Origin: Octopus vulgaris
Lineage: Eukaryota
Reading direction: 5' to 3'
Length of the DNA: 64,000 nucleotides
Assembly: GCA_951406725.2 (NCBI GenBank)
Contig: OX597825.1
Location: 63,488,001 to 63,552,000 of the forward strand
This document shows, in pieces, positions 40,452-54,090 of the stretch (position 1 is its first letter; each line of letters starts with the position of its first letter). The position numbers were made by a program, and so were the translations under genes. The notes beneath the pieces were generated by a model that saw only the letters and a list, made by a program, of their open reading frames with translations, was not told the DNA's origin and did no database searches.

Positions 40452-40959
40452 GCCTGCCTGGTGACAAGACGTACTTTTCATGAATCTGTCCAGTCAGTAG
40501 CTGAAGAAACAGATTTCAACTCAAACCAGCAGTACCTTTACTTGTTTTTAGTCACAGGACCTTCGAATTCTACTATCTTATCACCGGAGGATAAATTTAC
40601 ATAACTTTATATACTACCTGGAAAAGCAAATATTAATGAGCAATGCCTGAAAAAAACTCAAATAATCTAAAGACTAGTTCTAAAACTAGTCTCCTGAGAA
40701 GTATTAATTTCTTTTGATTTGTATAAAATACACCGCTTTTTCTGATGTCTACTAAATACTCTGAAATCTCTCACACACTTGGATGTAGCCACGCACTTCC
40801 GAATATATCGGCACAAACTCTTTTACGGCATATTCACGACCTTACATCAAATCAGCAATAACTAATGTACAGTGTATAATACTGCTATATCCGCTGAATA
40901 TGGGCAACAATATTCTAAAACGCCACTGGGTAGAAAACGATAATAGAGAAATACTTGGT

Positions 40960-41640
40960 ACACACGCGCAATGTAACGTTAGAACCTATACTGGTCAATG
41001 GATGTAGTGCACCAACTGACCCAATGCTAACAGGTCAGGGGCCACCTCAACAACCCGTTAGCCAGCAGCAAATAGCATCCCATTCGGTATCGCTGACCTA
41101 ATTCCATCCAACACTATCGTGGCACGCCAGGAATCACTACTGCAACAGCCTGCTACTACATTGGAAACATCTTGTTTGGTATTAGTATCTTACCTAATTC
41201 CACCCTGGCTTACTGTTGCAAGCCAGGATCCACTACCATTTCAACAACAACAGTCTGCTACTGCTACTACTATAGGACCAACGAGTCTGTCAATATAGAA
41301 AAAAACCTCTTCCCTGCCCACGTCAAAATTCCTGTCGTTGCCATTTCGAATGTAGCTGCAGATTTGGCAGCAGCGGCACCAACAACTAGGGACGCTGCTC
41401 TTTGTTCCATCCTACTTTATAACTTAGACTTGTTACAGGCACAGTTCATATGGTATCACCGAAAATAATCTGCCCTCACCTTCAACCCAAATTCTGTCCT
41501 AAATAGAGACCATAGCCATGATCCTAAATATGGATGCATAAAAGGCAACGGATGTACCTTTTCCGATCTTAAATTGTGACAAAATTCTCTGTCACTAAGG
41601 ATGCGCCTGCATCTAGAATGCAACTACCACTATCAGAACC
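40960..41640 (+). mobile_element. LINE ORF1 remnant with Cys/His fingers (CR1/L2-like)
   Basis: CPHLQPKFC...YGCIKGNGCTFSDLKL*QNS...LECNYH; an upstream QCN...WM*CTN segment. Confidence 0.45.
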
Positions 41641-42142
41641 TAGAATGCAGCCTCCTCCATCTCATTTTGAGAGCTGACATCCCTTCAGCAATGCTGCTAC
41701 CTCGTGTGCCCTTTGGATTTGCCAGTTATTGGCTTTTTCCTTGCTGGCCACTTATATTATTGTTGTTGTTATTCATTTTACTAATGATAATAATTAATAT
41801 TAATATTTATATAAATATTTTCGAATATATATTCATTTAATAATTTTATACACTGACACCGTTTTTGAATTTGGCGCTAGCTTTTCAACTATTAACAAGC
41901 GCAGCGAAAGTAGCAAAGTTTTTAACCCTAGGTATATAGTGAGACCTACTCATGAGAATTAATGGAAGTAAGCTCTCAAAATTCAAAATCAATTTAAACC
42001 AAGGAATATCTATTTCCTCATTCTACGGCGTTCTGCTGAGATAGTGATTTTTTTTAGAGGAGTTTTATACTCTGATTTCACAGCATTGCTGGTACCTCGC
42101 GTGTCCTATCATAATAATAAATTAATCACAAAATTGTATATA

Positions 42143-42201
<59 letters not shown>

Positions 42202-43009
42202 GTATGTGTGTGTGTGTGTGTATTTATATGTGCACATATGGTTGTCATTAGGAGTCATATTTCTTGGTGTGTACATAGTTGCAAGTAGTGTCTGAACAGA
42301 GATTTAATATTTTTGTAAGCTAATTATAGTAAGGCTGACGTTAGTTCTACCTTGATAACTACTATGAATGAAATTTATTTTCACATTATATGAAATTTAT
42401 TTTCCATTATTTATATTTTTGATCATGTTGAGATTTATTTCTTGATGCATATTAGTGGCAAAATTGTTCGAACTGGAAACATATGTTTCTAAGTGAAAGG
42501 AGGCAACGTCGTTACTTGCTGGAATGTGTATATACATTTGCAATTTGTTTAATTAAATTTACAATTCAGTAATAGATGCCATACATGGCTGTTATCAACG
42601 CTGGACTTATATCGATTGGGCTGTCAACGCGCATACATACAACCATTTTGATTTTTTTGAAGTTGCTCCTAAATGTCTTTATAACTTATTGATTTTTTTT
42701 ATTACCATAGCGCTATGGTGTTTTTCTTGTAACAACATACATGTTATTTATTTCTTACTTAGATAATTTTCTCATATTTTTAAGCTTTTGTTGCGTATTT
42801 TGATTTTGACATTTATGAGACTCACAGTTTCTTATTTATAAGACATTCAGGAAATATTTATTCGGAGGATCAAAGGAAATTCTAGTAATTACAGTTACAA
42901 CCACAGCAGCATTCAAAAATTGTTATGAAGAATTATAGAAAAATACCGAATATTCACTTCCTAAGTTTGAATTAAATAAGATTTAGATAAAATTAAATGT
43001 ATATTAATA

Positions 43010-43478
43010 TCTTTTACTCTCTTATTTGTTACAGTCATTTGACTGTGGCCATACTGGAGCACCGCCTTTTAGTCGAGCAAATTTGATTTTGATTTTGATT
43101 TTTCCAGTTTCAGCTAATGAGCTGTGGCCATGCTGGGGCACCGCCAGTATTTATTCTTTAGAAGCCTAATACTTATTCTATCGGTTTCTTTTGCCGAAAC
43201 GCTAAGTGACGTGTGCGTAAATACACCAGCATCGGTTATCAAGCGATGTTGGGGGAAAACGCAGCCACACAAATATATACAAATCCATATATACATATAT
43301 ATATATACATATATACGGCAGGCTTCTTTCAGTTTCCGTCTACCAAGTCCACTCACAAGGCTTGGTCGTCCCGAGGCTATAGTAGAAGACATTTGCCCAA
43401 GGTGCCACACAGTGGGACTGAACCCGGAACCATGTGGTTGGTAAGCAAGCTACTTACCAAACAGCCACTCCTACGCCT
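43010..43478 (-). mobile_element. SINE family A with a nested foreign 3' tail (43082-43144)
   Basis: Family A sequence interrupted by (TTTGAT)n...TTTCAGCTAATGAGCTGTGGCCATGCTGGGGCACCGCC. Confidence 0.85.
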
Positions 43479-44539
43479 ATGTCGGACATATTTGAATAAT
43501 ATACTTGGTATGTGTAGTAATGCTAAAACTTAAACAACCATCTACCGAGGATAGCAACCTTATCATGATTATTCGACAAAACTTACATGTGTGTTTATGT
43601 GTGTGTGTGCATGCGTGCGTGCGTGTGTTTATGTGTGTGTGTGTGTGTACTACGAGGCTTAAGCTGAATATCTTAAGCCTCGTAGTACGGGTGACATGAT
43701 GCTTCTCTGAAGTATTCAGATAAGACCGAAATATCTCCAGAATAGTTACCGTTTTATCAAATTCTTAAATTCAAAGCCTCCTGCATGTTGCTACATAATC
43801 TTATGTGTTTATAAATATATATGCATGCATATATGTGTGTATATGTTTGGATATATTCATATCTATGTCTATTTTTGCGTGTTAATGTAAATCCTGGTCT
43901 TTCCTTCTGTGTCTTGTTTCTCTCTCTCTCTCTTCATATATATATATATAATATAAATATATGCATATATACGTACATATAGTACATACCTACTTATAAA
44001 TGTATATATACATGCATATATGGGTACAGGAATCATAAAACGTGGGCAGAATAAGAAACGAGAACATAAAAAACAAAAACAGAAAACGAACTTTTCGAAA
44101 AATGTATGTATGTATGTAAATATGGGTCTGGGAATGTATGGTCTTTGGGATATGTGGGTGATGGGGATATCTATGTGGGTTTCGAAATATGAAATTAAAT
44201 GGTTACCGACCTTTAAGTTTAATTATAAGATATACTTTTATATCACGTTAGTGTTGAACGTTTTATTGAAACACTAGTAGTGTAAGCATTTCAGTGAAAT
44301 CTTGGACAGGTATAAATTTCCCTCCTTTAAAATTAATATAACTGTTTCACTTGGTTGACTTCTTATACTTAATGTCATCTTCATAATGCAATGAAGATTG
44401 TATTTCTGCCCTATGAAATTTCAATGTGTGAGGATTAAGTGAAGTTGCTAAACTGGAAAACAATTTAAGTGGGTTTAAAGAAACACAATATTGACAATTG
44501 GAGGCCACCTGAAACAAAAAAAGAATCTGAATAAGTTAC

Positions 44540-44874
44540 GGAAATATAACACTCTGTGGATATTAAGCAACATCACTTCCATAAATGTAATAAAGATAAA
44601 TGCAAACACCGCACATTTAAAGATATCCTATGGTGTGTCTATACGTCCTCAGCAATTATTTAATGAGGTATATGACTGCTCAAAGAAAATTCCTGCCAAA
44701 ATTGCTCGTAGTAAAATCGTGTCATTGAAAATTCCTAGATTACTTTATGAGAAAGGAATATCTCAGGACTTGATTCCATGTGATTGTACAATAACACGAT
44801 AACCATCTATGCATTAAAATGGTCCTCTAGACTGACGATAAAACAGCTTGCAATGGCAGCTGAATCCTCTTGAT
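44540..44874 (-). pseudogene. Cadherin-repeat exon remnant
   Basis: MVIVLLYNHMESSPEIFLSHKVI*EFS (IxVxDVNExPxxIxLSxxxIxE-like), then a frameshifted EQSYTSLNNC*GRI. Confidence 0.55.
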
Positions 44875-45269
44875 CTTCAATAATAAAAAAGAAAATACAT
44901 CTTGAATAAAGTAGTATCTATCTCTCTGTCTCTCTCTCTCTCTCTATTTCTCACCCTCTATTTCTAATTCTCAATCTTCTAGTATATGTCAACCTATCTA
45001 TTTATCAATTTTTCTGTCTGTCTATCTCTCTGTGTTTGGTTTGAGTTTTTTCTAACTCAAACGTTTGGATAGACACATATATCTATGTAGCTAAGTATGT
45101 TCATCTCCTCTTTTCATTTTAAAATAAATTTTCACCAGTCAGCAACTTCATAACATGATTGTGAAATAAAGCATCTCTTTTTGTTCATTATCCCTTAAAA
45201 CTTAAAGTCTTGCAGATTTGTATAGTCCCAGTTATCGTGATCCTTTGTAGAGTACGAATTAAGTATTTG

Positions 45270-45645
45270 TGTTCTATCCTCAAGTGCCCAAATGCAGCCA
45301 TATTTTGCTTCAGATGAGTTGCTGCAATAATAATGGATACTGGATCTGCAAACTCCTTACTAATGGTCCATATATGTCCTCTTTCTCCTGTATTTCTCGA
45401 ACAATATTAATGTCCAGAGGGCAACTGACTTGCGCAACAGAAAATATCTTTTCTCACGCAACGATATCTGGCCGGTTGACTTTTAACTGGGAGGCTCTTT
45501 TAATTATTAACGTCCACCAGTATTCTTATGTTACATCGGCCTCAATATAGTCAACTTCATCTGTAGGTCTTTTCATTTTTCATATTCTGTTCCAGAACAT
45601 TCTGGCCGTTGCATCATACCTCATGGGAAGGTAATATCTGAAATA
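45270..45645 (-). mobile_element. Second RLE-type non-LTR retrotransposon fragment
   Basis: FRYYLPMRYDATARMFWN...EYWWTLIIK...VNRPDIVA*...QVSCPLDINI..EIQEKEDIYGPLVRSLQ (PD..E..K RLE pattern). Confidence 0.8.
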
Positions 45646-45950
45646 CACTCTTTCACAGTTGGCAATAATCACACACTCAGCACTTTATCATACGCTCTTT
45701 TTCAAATACGGTTAAACCTTTCTACATATCCTGATACTTTCTCTTCTTCTACTTCTGTAATGTCTCCTGTGCTATTCCTCTTGGCTCTTCACATTCTGAG
45801 TGTACATCGCTCAGAGTGCATATTTCCTTTTAAGCTTTTCGGTCAATAAAATTAATTACCACTCAGATATTAGAGGCAAAGTAATCTATTAACCCTCTCC
45901 TCTCTAAATTTCTGGCTTTGTGCCTAAATTAAAAGCAACTATTATCATTA

Positions 45951-46078
45951 TGTGAGAGAGCAGTGCATGCCATCAAAGTGACACTGGGGTCAATATACGA
46001 AGCCCACTATGCCTAACATGACTATCCGTCTGATAAGTGTGCACTAGACACGTGCATCGCAATCATATACGTGCGTCA
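45951..46078 (-). mobile_element. 5'-truncated family C copy
   Basis: Matches 12470-12597 and is flanked by short ATT repeats. Confidence 0.8.
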
Positions 46079-46259
46079 TATTATTAGCAGGCAAAATCGT
46101 TAGCACACCGGGCGAGTTCTAATTCCGCCGAGGTCGACTCTGCTTTCATCCTTTCGGGGTCGATAAACTAAGTACCAGTTACGCACTGGGGTCGATATAA
46201 TCGACTAGTCACCAACCCACAAATTTGAAATTTGAAGCCTTGTGCCTCCAGCAGATAAG

Positions 46260-46348
<89 letters not shown>

Positions 46349-47484
46349 CTATAATTTGCAATGTATTGACCCTAAATTTAGAGACCCGTACAAAATCTCT
46401 GTAACTTTGCTCCTATTACTTACTATCTGAGATTTGATCTACTGGAGGATATAAACTCAGAAAGGTCAAATTTATCCATCCTTCTCGTCTCGATAAAATG
46501 CACTAACAGTTGACTAATAAAGTATAACTTAAGTACTTTAGTCGACTGCTCCCCACATATTATTCTGGCCTTCTACCTATATTTGAAACAATTATTATGA
46601 ATATATCTATCAAGAGCATTAATCAGAAATCTCTACAGTATGAGTTAAAATTCTGTCGAAGTATTTCTGTTTTTACCATCAGAATTTTTTGAGAAAGTAT
46701 ATTGGATAAATACATATTTGGATTACTCAGATTTCACTGATCATGTATGGGATTTACAATAAGTGAAGAACATCGTAGTAAATCTATTTAGCTGTTTAGT
46801 AACGACCATTCAAGTTCGGATATTTTATTCATTCACTTTAATTTGTCATTATCTTAAATGTGCACGGTGATATGTAAAACCATCATTCTTAGTTTGTGAA
46901 GTATTTCGTTTATTCCTCATTTTTGCAAATTTGCATTGAAGCTATATACTTTTGTGATTGTGCCTTGTTAGAGGAATTCCTGATTGAATTTCTGTGTTCT
47001 TGAGACATATTTACTACGGCATTTTTCGTTGTCAGCATCAATATATCACTTCCACCGAAACATGTTCTGATCCACTGAGATAAAATTTCCATAGAATATT
47101 TTAACGAAATCCAAAGGGAACTGAATGTAATTTCCTGCAGAGCCGGCAAATGGATGTAGATTAAAATCCTTGTAAATCGCATTCCAAGCTCTGATCAGTT
47201 TCACATATTTGCATCTTTAAACAGATTTGTGATTAAATAGGATGTCGTGTTGGACTTACAAGCGAAGAAAATCGTGAATGTGTAATAACGAAATAATTGA
47301 ATCGCCTTCATCTTTCAAATCAAAGTCACGATATAAGATTGTTACCAAAATTATGTTGATCGATATATAACTCATTATGTCTAGAAGATACGCGAGAAAA
47401 TAAAGATTATGTGTTTCCTAAAGCAAAAAGTAGGAACGGTCTCTCCTGGAGAATATTATCCACGACAAAACTTTTATATATATT

Positions 47485-47932
47485 TTTACTCTTTTACTTG
47501 TTTCAGTCATTTAACTGTGGCCATGCTGGAGCATCGCCTATAGTCGAGCAAATCGATCCCAAGACTTACTCTTTGTAAGCCTGGTACTTATTCTATCGGT
47601 CTCTTTTGCCGAGCCGCTAAGGAACGGGGATGTAAACTCACCAGCATCGGTTGTCAAGCGATGTTGGGGAGACAAACACAGACACAAACATATACGCACA
47701 CATACATATCTTTCCTCTCTCGCTCTCTCTTTATATATATATATATATACACACATATATATATATATACATATATACGACGGGCTTCTTTCAGTTTCCG
47801 TCTACAAATCCACTCACAAGGCTTTGGTCGGCTAGAGTCTATAGTAGAAGACACTCGCCCAAGATGCCACGCAGTGGGACTGAACCCGGAACCATGCGGT
47901 TCGTAAGCGAGCTACTTACACACTGCCACTCC
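47485..47932 (-). mobile_element. SINE family A
   Basis: Collinear with 3617-4036. Confidence 0.9.
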
Positions 47933-48016
47933 TTTTATATTATGTTGGCTGTCTTATCTTTGACGTTGTTTGAGTTGAATAAACGTTGACACTACATCCG
48001 TATTATGTCTAATTAC

Positions 48017-48236
48017 TTTTGTGAAAATACGAACATTCATAACCATTCTTCTTTCAAGTTCGAATGGAAAGCCTTTTACTGAATGAAGATTAGCCATTGC
48101 ATCACCAGCTGACTTTGTGTCCAAATTATAGTGAGAAACTTCTTTACCATACTTGCTTCTTGCACCTAGGTACAAATGGTGTGGATCTGTGGTAAAAGGT
48201 GCTCCAGCAGTGAGCAACTTGTATTGGATTCGATTT
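48017..48236 (-). pseudogene. Cadherin-repeat exon, frame still open
   Basis: NRIQYKLLTAGAPFTTDPHHLYLGARSKYGKEVSHYNLDTKSAGD...VMNVRIFTK resembles YxLxxxxPFxIDxxxLxL..DYE..YxLxIxAxD...VxVxI. Donor GTAATT; the polypyrimidine tract ends in ttcAA instead of CAG. Confidence 0.55.
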
Positions 48237-48753
48237 TTGAATGGAAATGAGAGATGAAAATAAAACGGTAGGTCTGGAATCTCCCACTTCTCACTTACGC
48301 ACTGTACAATGTGCAGGCGTATAATACACATATGCATGTCTCTCTATCTCAATCTCCCTGTCTCTCTCCTTCTCCCTCTCGCTCTCTCTCACTCCCTGCC
48401 TCTCCCCCTCTCTCTCTTTCTGTCTATATACTGTTGCTTCTCTCGTCACTATGAGTCCTTTTCAGTCTTGATATATGTCATTGCGAAAAGCGATTTACCA
48501 GTTTCATTTTGGGTTCCCTCTTCTTTCGCCCTTTATATGTATTCTCAATAATACGTAAGCCCTTCGCTCAGAACAATGTTACTGATCTCAGACGAAGAGT
48601 CCGTCTCCAATATTTCAGACACCTCTTTCGCGCGCAACATGAAAAGTTATTTGAAACTAAGGTCTATATTCTATGATTTTTTACCGACTCACACCGCAGT
48701 TAGTAATTTCAGTTATCCTTTTTCTCAATATATTCATAATCTAAAACCTGAAA

Positions 48754-48913
<160 letters not shown>

Positions 48914-49658
48914 ATATGTGTCACAGGTGATCAGAGTTCATTGCGTTATATCTCTTGATAAGCTTAATCCGACAAAATTTATTACAGTTTATATATGTGA
49001 CTACATATATGATAGTAAATGTGAAAATATGTAGAGTATTGACACAACATGAGTAGTGAATATCGATGAGTGATTCGTAGATTTTCAATTAACAAGAACT
49101 GGCGTGAGAGGTGTCAATAACAGTATCATTATAAAACCAATTACAATAGAGATTAAGTTTTAATAGGAAATCAAGACTTGCTAAAATAATCAAGGTTGTA
49201 CTGCTTGTCTCCGGAGGGATTTAGTGTTAAGATTAAAGCTTCATATTTAACTGAACTTAATATCTTTCTTTTTGATGTGTGTAGCTATGGAACCTGAAAA
49301 TTAAAAAAAATAAAATACCAAAACTATATATATATAATTGAAAAAAAAATACAATTAGCAGAGTAAAGAAATTAATGATTGGATTTTTAGCAAAATTTTA
49401 ATAGTTCTACTGGTGAAAGCTCCCTCCGGAAATTTCTAGCAGTTTATTCGTGTATTTTATTGATGAGTAGAGGTACTGAATTTGATTTTATATTGAAAGG
49501 AAAAACAACCAGCAGTAACAATAACAACAAAAAAGAAATGAAAGGACATTCAACAAAGAATATCTTAGCACCTTTGACGAATGATCGTGCTTGTTATTTG
49601 TAAAGAAGTGTGTAATTTTCTAATTATTACTTTTTTTAATGTACTATAGCTGACTCAC

Positions 49659-49857
49659 CGACACTTTCCCCTCTCGTTTTTGCTTTCGGCTGACAGGATA
49701 TGTTTTTCTTTCACTGTTATACGTTATTTCTGTATATCAGTGTAACTTTGCTATTGACGATGTTGTTTAGTCACACTTCAGTCTGATAAACAAGTGTGCT
49801 CTGGAGCTATGAGGGAAGTCATTTAGGCCTTCATCATATAGTCTTGCGTGGGCATCA
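49659..49857 (-). pseudogene. Exon remnant with both splice sites retained
   Basis: Acceptor gatgttattttAG (49858-9) and canonical donor GTGAGT (49653-8) bracket 199 nt of degraded coding-like sequence. Confidence 0.4.
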
Positions 49858-50419
49858 CTAAAATAACATCAGCATTTCCCCATTATTTTAAAACAGTAGG
49901 GACGGATTCAAGGTAGATTTAACTTCTATTCCCAGCAACTCCAGTGGCTCATAGAAGCTCAAAGCATTCTAATGTTGTTAGGATGTGCATGTGTGTGTTT
50001 GTGTATTTTGTTAACTGAGTGGTTGTTCGTCTCTATTTCACTTTGTACATATATATGCACATCACTCTAAAACACACACTCAGCACTTTAATCATACGCG
50101 CTTTTTCAAAGACGGATAATGTTAGTTTAATGATGTTACAGTTGATAATTCTAGAACTGTCAGCTGTTAGTATGATTAGTCCTATTGCATCAGAGGACAT
50201 TGCATCAGGTAGTTGGTTACATTAGTTCTATTGCATCAGAGAACAGAGAGGATTAATTGGTTACGTTTATATTATTTTATAAATATTGTTGATTATAAAT
50301 TATAATTGAAATACAAACCAATGAACTGGTCTCGGAAGGAAAGAATTTGTTTGTGGAATGAGACTCATTCGTGCACCCTACATAACGATGTTACGTGGAT
50401 TATGCGTTTTTTAAGAGGT

Positions 50420-50748
50420 TTCCAATCTCTCGTAGCTGCTACTAGCTGGAATGAATATCACATATCACACAAATGAATGCTTTCTAAGATACATACTTAT
50501 CTCCTGCATATAAGATTATTAAGATGCAACTCATTTGTAGGCACCCATCATTTATCATTAATTAAAGTATTGGAGTTCAAAGAAGTGCATTTTTGTCAGC
50601 AGATGTCTATAGATGGTAAATGATAATGTAGCTTTTGCTCGTGGATTAACACTTGGCTGGAATGGGGAAACAGCTCTATCATCCAAAAGTTGATAGGGAT
50701 CCAAAGTTACTGGTACATAATGAAAAATATCAAACATGTTCGGAGACT
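50420..50748 (-). pseudogene. Cadherin-like exon remnant
   Basis: Overlaps ORF 50558-50815 (SPNMFDI...RAKATLSFTI); a downstream frame reads ILIILYAGDKYVS*KAFICVICDIH (FxIxVxDVN-like). Confidence 0.35.
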
Positions 50749-51878
50749 CTGATTTTTTGGAAAAAAGTAAGCAATCATTAGAATGTACTAAACAGATACT
50801 CGAGCTGCTTTCCATTTACGGATATCTCATGATACAAATGTTACAGCAAAGCTTTTTGAACAGGCTCACGTCTCAGGTCCGGCAAGATAACATAATTCAA
50901 GAAGACAAATCAATCACAACAAAAAGGTAAAAACAACGAAATTTATTGCTAATAAAGATGAGAAAATCATGAAATAGCTAGTTGGAATTTTAGATCACTT
51001 GCAATCATAAATAGTATGTTATCGTAAATAAGAATCATTGACTGTTCAACAGAAATGGTATTTTACCTAACTGAATGTTCAAGCTTGTATGTGAAAACGA
51101 TTGGGTATACGAAGTTCAAAGCAGCTCTTATTTTGCGACAACATTCTACATACTACAAGATTTAAACATGCACAGTTAATACAGAAATTATTATCATTTT
51201 TACGTAACTGCAGTAGACAACAATTTACCACTTAACTCCGGATCAGCCCATATCGCCATTAGAACAAGTAAATAGGGAATTCATCTTTCGATGTACATAT
51301 TTTTAACGGAAAATTTGTACGGCAATTTGAAACACTATTAAGATAATATTCCCAGTGTGTAATTATAATATTGGGGAAGAGAGTACTAATTGCACATAAA
51401 GTAAAACTGTATATATTTGGTAAAGATTTATATACTGCCATAAAGATATTCTTAGCCCCACTAAGTACATGGTTTAGTATTTGTTAACAATTTGATCAAC
51501 TCTAGAGTATTAATACTATAATTTTATAAGAGGATTGAGAACTAATGTTTTGGTATGTATTCACTCAGTAGAACTGCTAAAAAAATACCGAAATCAATCC
51601 CAAATTGTATGGTAATATTGCAGCTAGGGAAGTGCATATTGAATACATGTAGCCCAAGTAAGTTTGGATTTCTGAATAGTGGTCATAAAACGGCATAGCA
51701 GGAGATAACCTGCAGCAAATAGCAGGAGTAATAACAACAATGTATGTTAGATGTAAATATCTATCACTAGTATAAGTGATTTGAGTAAACTATCAAGGAG
51801 CAATTCCATTCAAGGTAAAATCTGTTATATCAAGACTGTCAACATCTGGTAAAATGTTATAGATACCGAAGAAAGCCG

Positions 51879-52090
51879 TTAACCGTTTTATAACCATATT
51901 TCTATTGAAGTACACGTAATTGCTATATTTCTATTAAAGAACTTTTGAGGATTTTGAAAATTATGAGGAATTTAATAAAATAATTTAATCGTAATATGAC
52001 TGATGCTCAGAACTTATATTAACCTGAATTTCAAAGGTAGGATTTAATATATATTAAAAGGTTGTATCGTAGCAAAAGTGATAGCCACAG
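51879..52090. mobile_element. Possible degraded piggyBac-type MITE
   Basis: Starts TTAACCGTTTTATAACCATATTTC; the right TIR is not recognisable. Confidence 0.3.
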
Positions 52091-52566
52091 GCAGATATAT
52101 CGTCCATTACTATAAGATAAGGTGCTACCGAACGGAAAATGATCGATTATGTGATTTTTATCAAGCGCTTGAATGTGTCACACTGAGAATTATAAATACT
52201 GAAAACGAAATGCAAAATGTATTAATCCGCTTTTTGTAGAATACATCACACCATCATCAATTTATAATTTTTATTAGATGTATGAAGAAACTAATGCACA
52301 TGGTGCATATATTTCTGAACTCATTCATTCACAACAATAGGTAGGAAAATTCCTGAGGTTATGAGTAGTTCAGTAATTGGACAACAAAATATATAACAAT
52401 TATAGAATATAATGTAACAACGCCCGGACAATTACGTTATCGAAACTGCGAAGTTTATTGGAAAGATTTATAGAGAATCAAATAATAGTTCAAGAGTAGC
52501 AAAAAACATTCTAGGTTACTACGTGAAAATAAGCGAAAATATGTCATCTAAAGATATATACATACG

Positions 52567-52614
<48 letters not shown>

Positions 52615-52684
52615 TATAAATAAATACATACATACATATATATGTATATAAACACACAAGCATCGGTTGTCAAGCGATGTTGGG

Positions 52685-52924
52685 GTGACAAACACAGACA
52701 AAATCATACACACACACACAATATATACATCCATATATATGCGGCAGGCTTCTTTCGGTTTCCGTCTACCAAATCTCCTCGCTAGCCTTTTGGCGGCACG
52801 AGTCTATAGTTAAAGACACTTCACGAAAGCACCACGCAGGGGGACGGAACTCGGAACCACGTGGTTGTTAAACACACTACTTACCACACAGCCTTTCCTG
52901 CGTCTATATATATATGTATGTGTT

Positions 52925-53000
<76 letters not shown>

Positions 53001-53008
53001 CATACATG

Positions 53009-53066
<58 letters not shown>

Positions 53067-53313
53067 CATACATACATACATATATATATATAGACGCAGG
53101 AAAGGCTGTGTGGTAAGTAGTGTGTTTAACAACCACATGGTTCCGAGTTCCGTCCCCCTGCGTGGTGCCTTCGTCAAGTGTCTTTAACTATAGACTCGTG
53201 CCACCAAAAGGCTAGCGAGGAGATTTGGTAGACGGAAACCGAAAGAAGCCTGCCGCATGTATATGTATGTATATATATGTGTGTGTGTGTATGTTTTTGT
53301 CTGTGTTTGTCAC
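52685..53313. repeat. Head-to-head inverted duplication of a SINE A copy around (TA)n
   Basis: 52685-52905 and 53093-53313 are reverse complements sharing private variants. Confidence 0.95.
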
Positions 53314-53486
53314 AGAAAATACAGGATACAAACGGAAAATACAGGATACAATATAGATATAGTTAGTATAAGATTTAATATTTAACATTTTATGAAGTGG
53401 TCGGGTATAAAATCTTTCAGTGTTGATTGATTGAAGGTGCTTCTGTCTGTAAAATTACTTATATATATATATATATGTGTGTGCGT

Positions 53487-53520
<34 letters not shown>

Positions 53521-53656
53521 TTGTGTGTGTGTGTGTGTATATTTGTGTGTGTATGTATGTATATGTATAAATGTATGTTTATATGTATGTATGTATGTAT
53601 CTCTCTCTCGCTCTCTCTCAATCGTTTTATACATATATATATATATATACATTTAC

Positions 53657-53697
<41 letters not shown>

Positions 53698-54090
53698 TGA
53701 GTGTTTGTGTACAGAATGTATCTAAGTATATGCAAATGTATACACCCAGCCGTATATGTATTTGTATATCTCAACAAACATGAAAGATTATGCGAAATGT
53801 CTAATCAGCACTTTGCTTAATTTTGCAGTGTCGATATATGGTTAACTGTAGTTATTCTTATGTGCCATGCTATCTGAACGATGTTATTGTTAAGGTTATG
53901 ATGCTAATTAATCTACAGTTTATCATTAGTTCTGCAGACTAAATTGGCTACAAATATTTGCTAGTTTCTTCCTTTGCGATGGTTTATTATTTTCATTGGT
54001 ATTTCTGTGTTTAATTAACTTATGTAGAGTTTTATTTCAGTAGTGTTAAATGTTGGTACATTTTATTAGAGAGGTTACATATGTGTTTAC

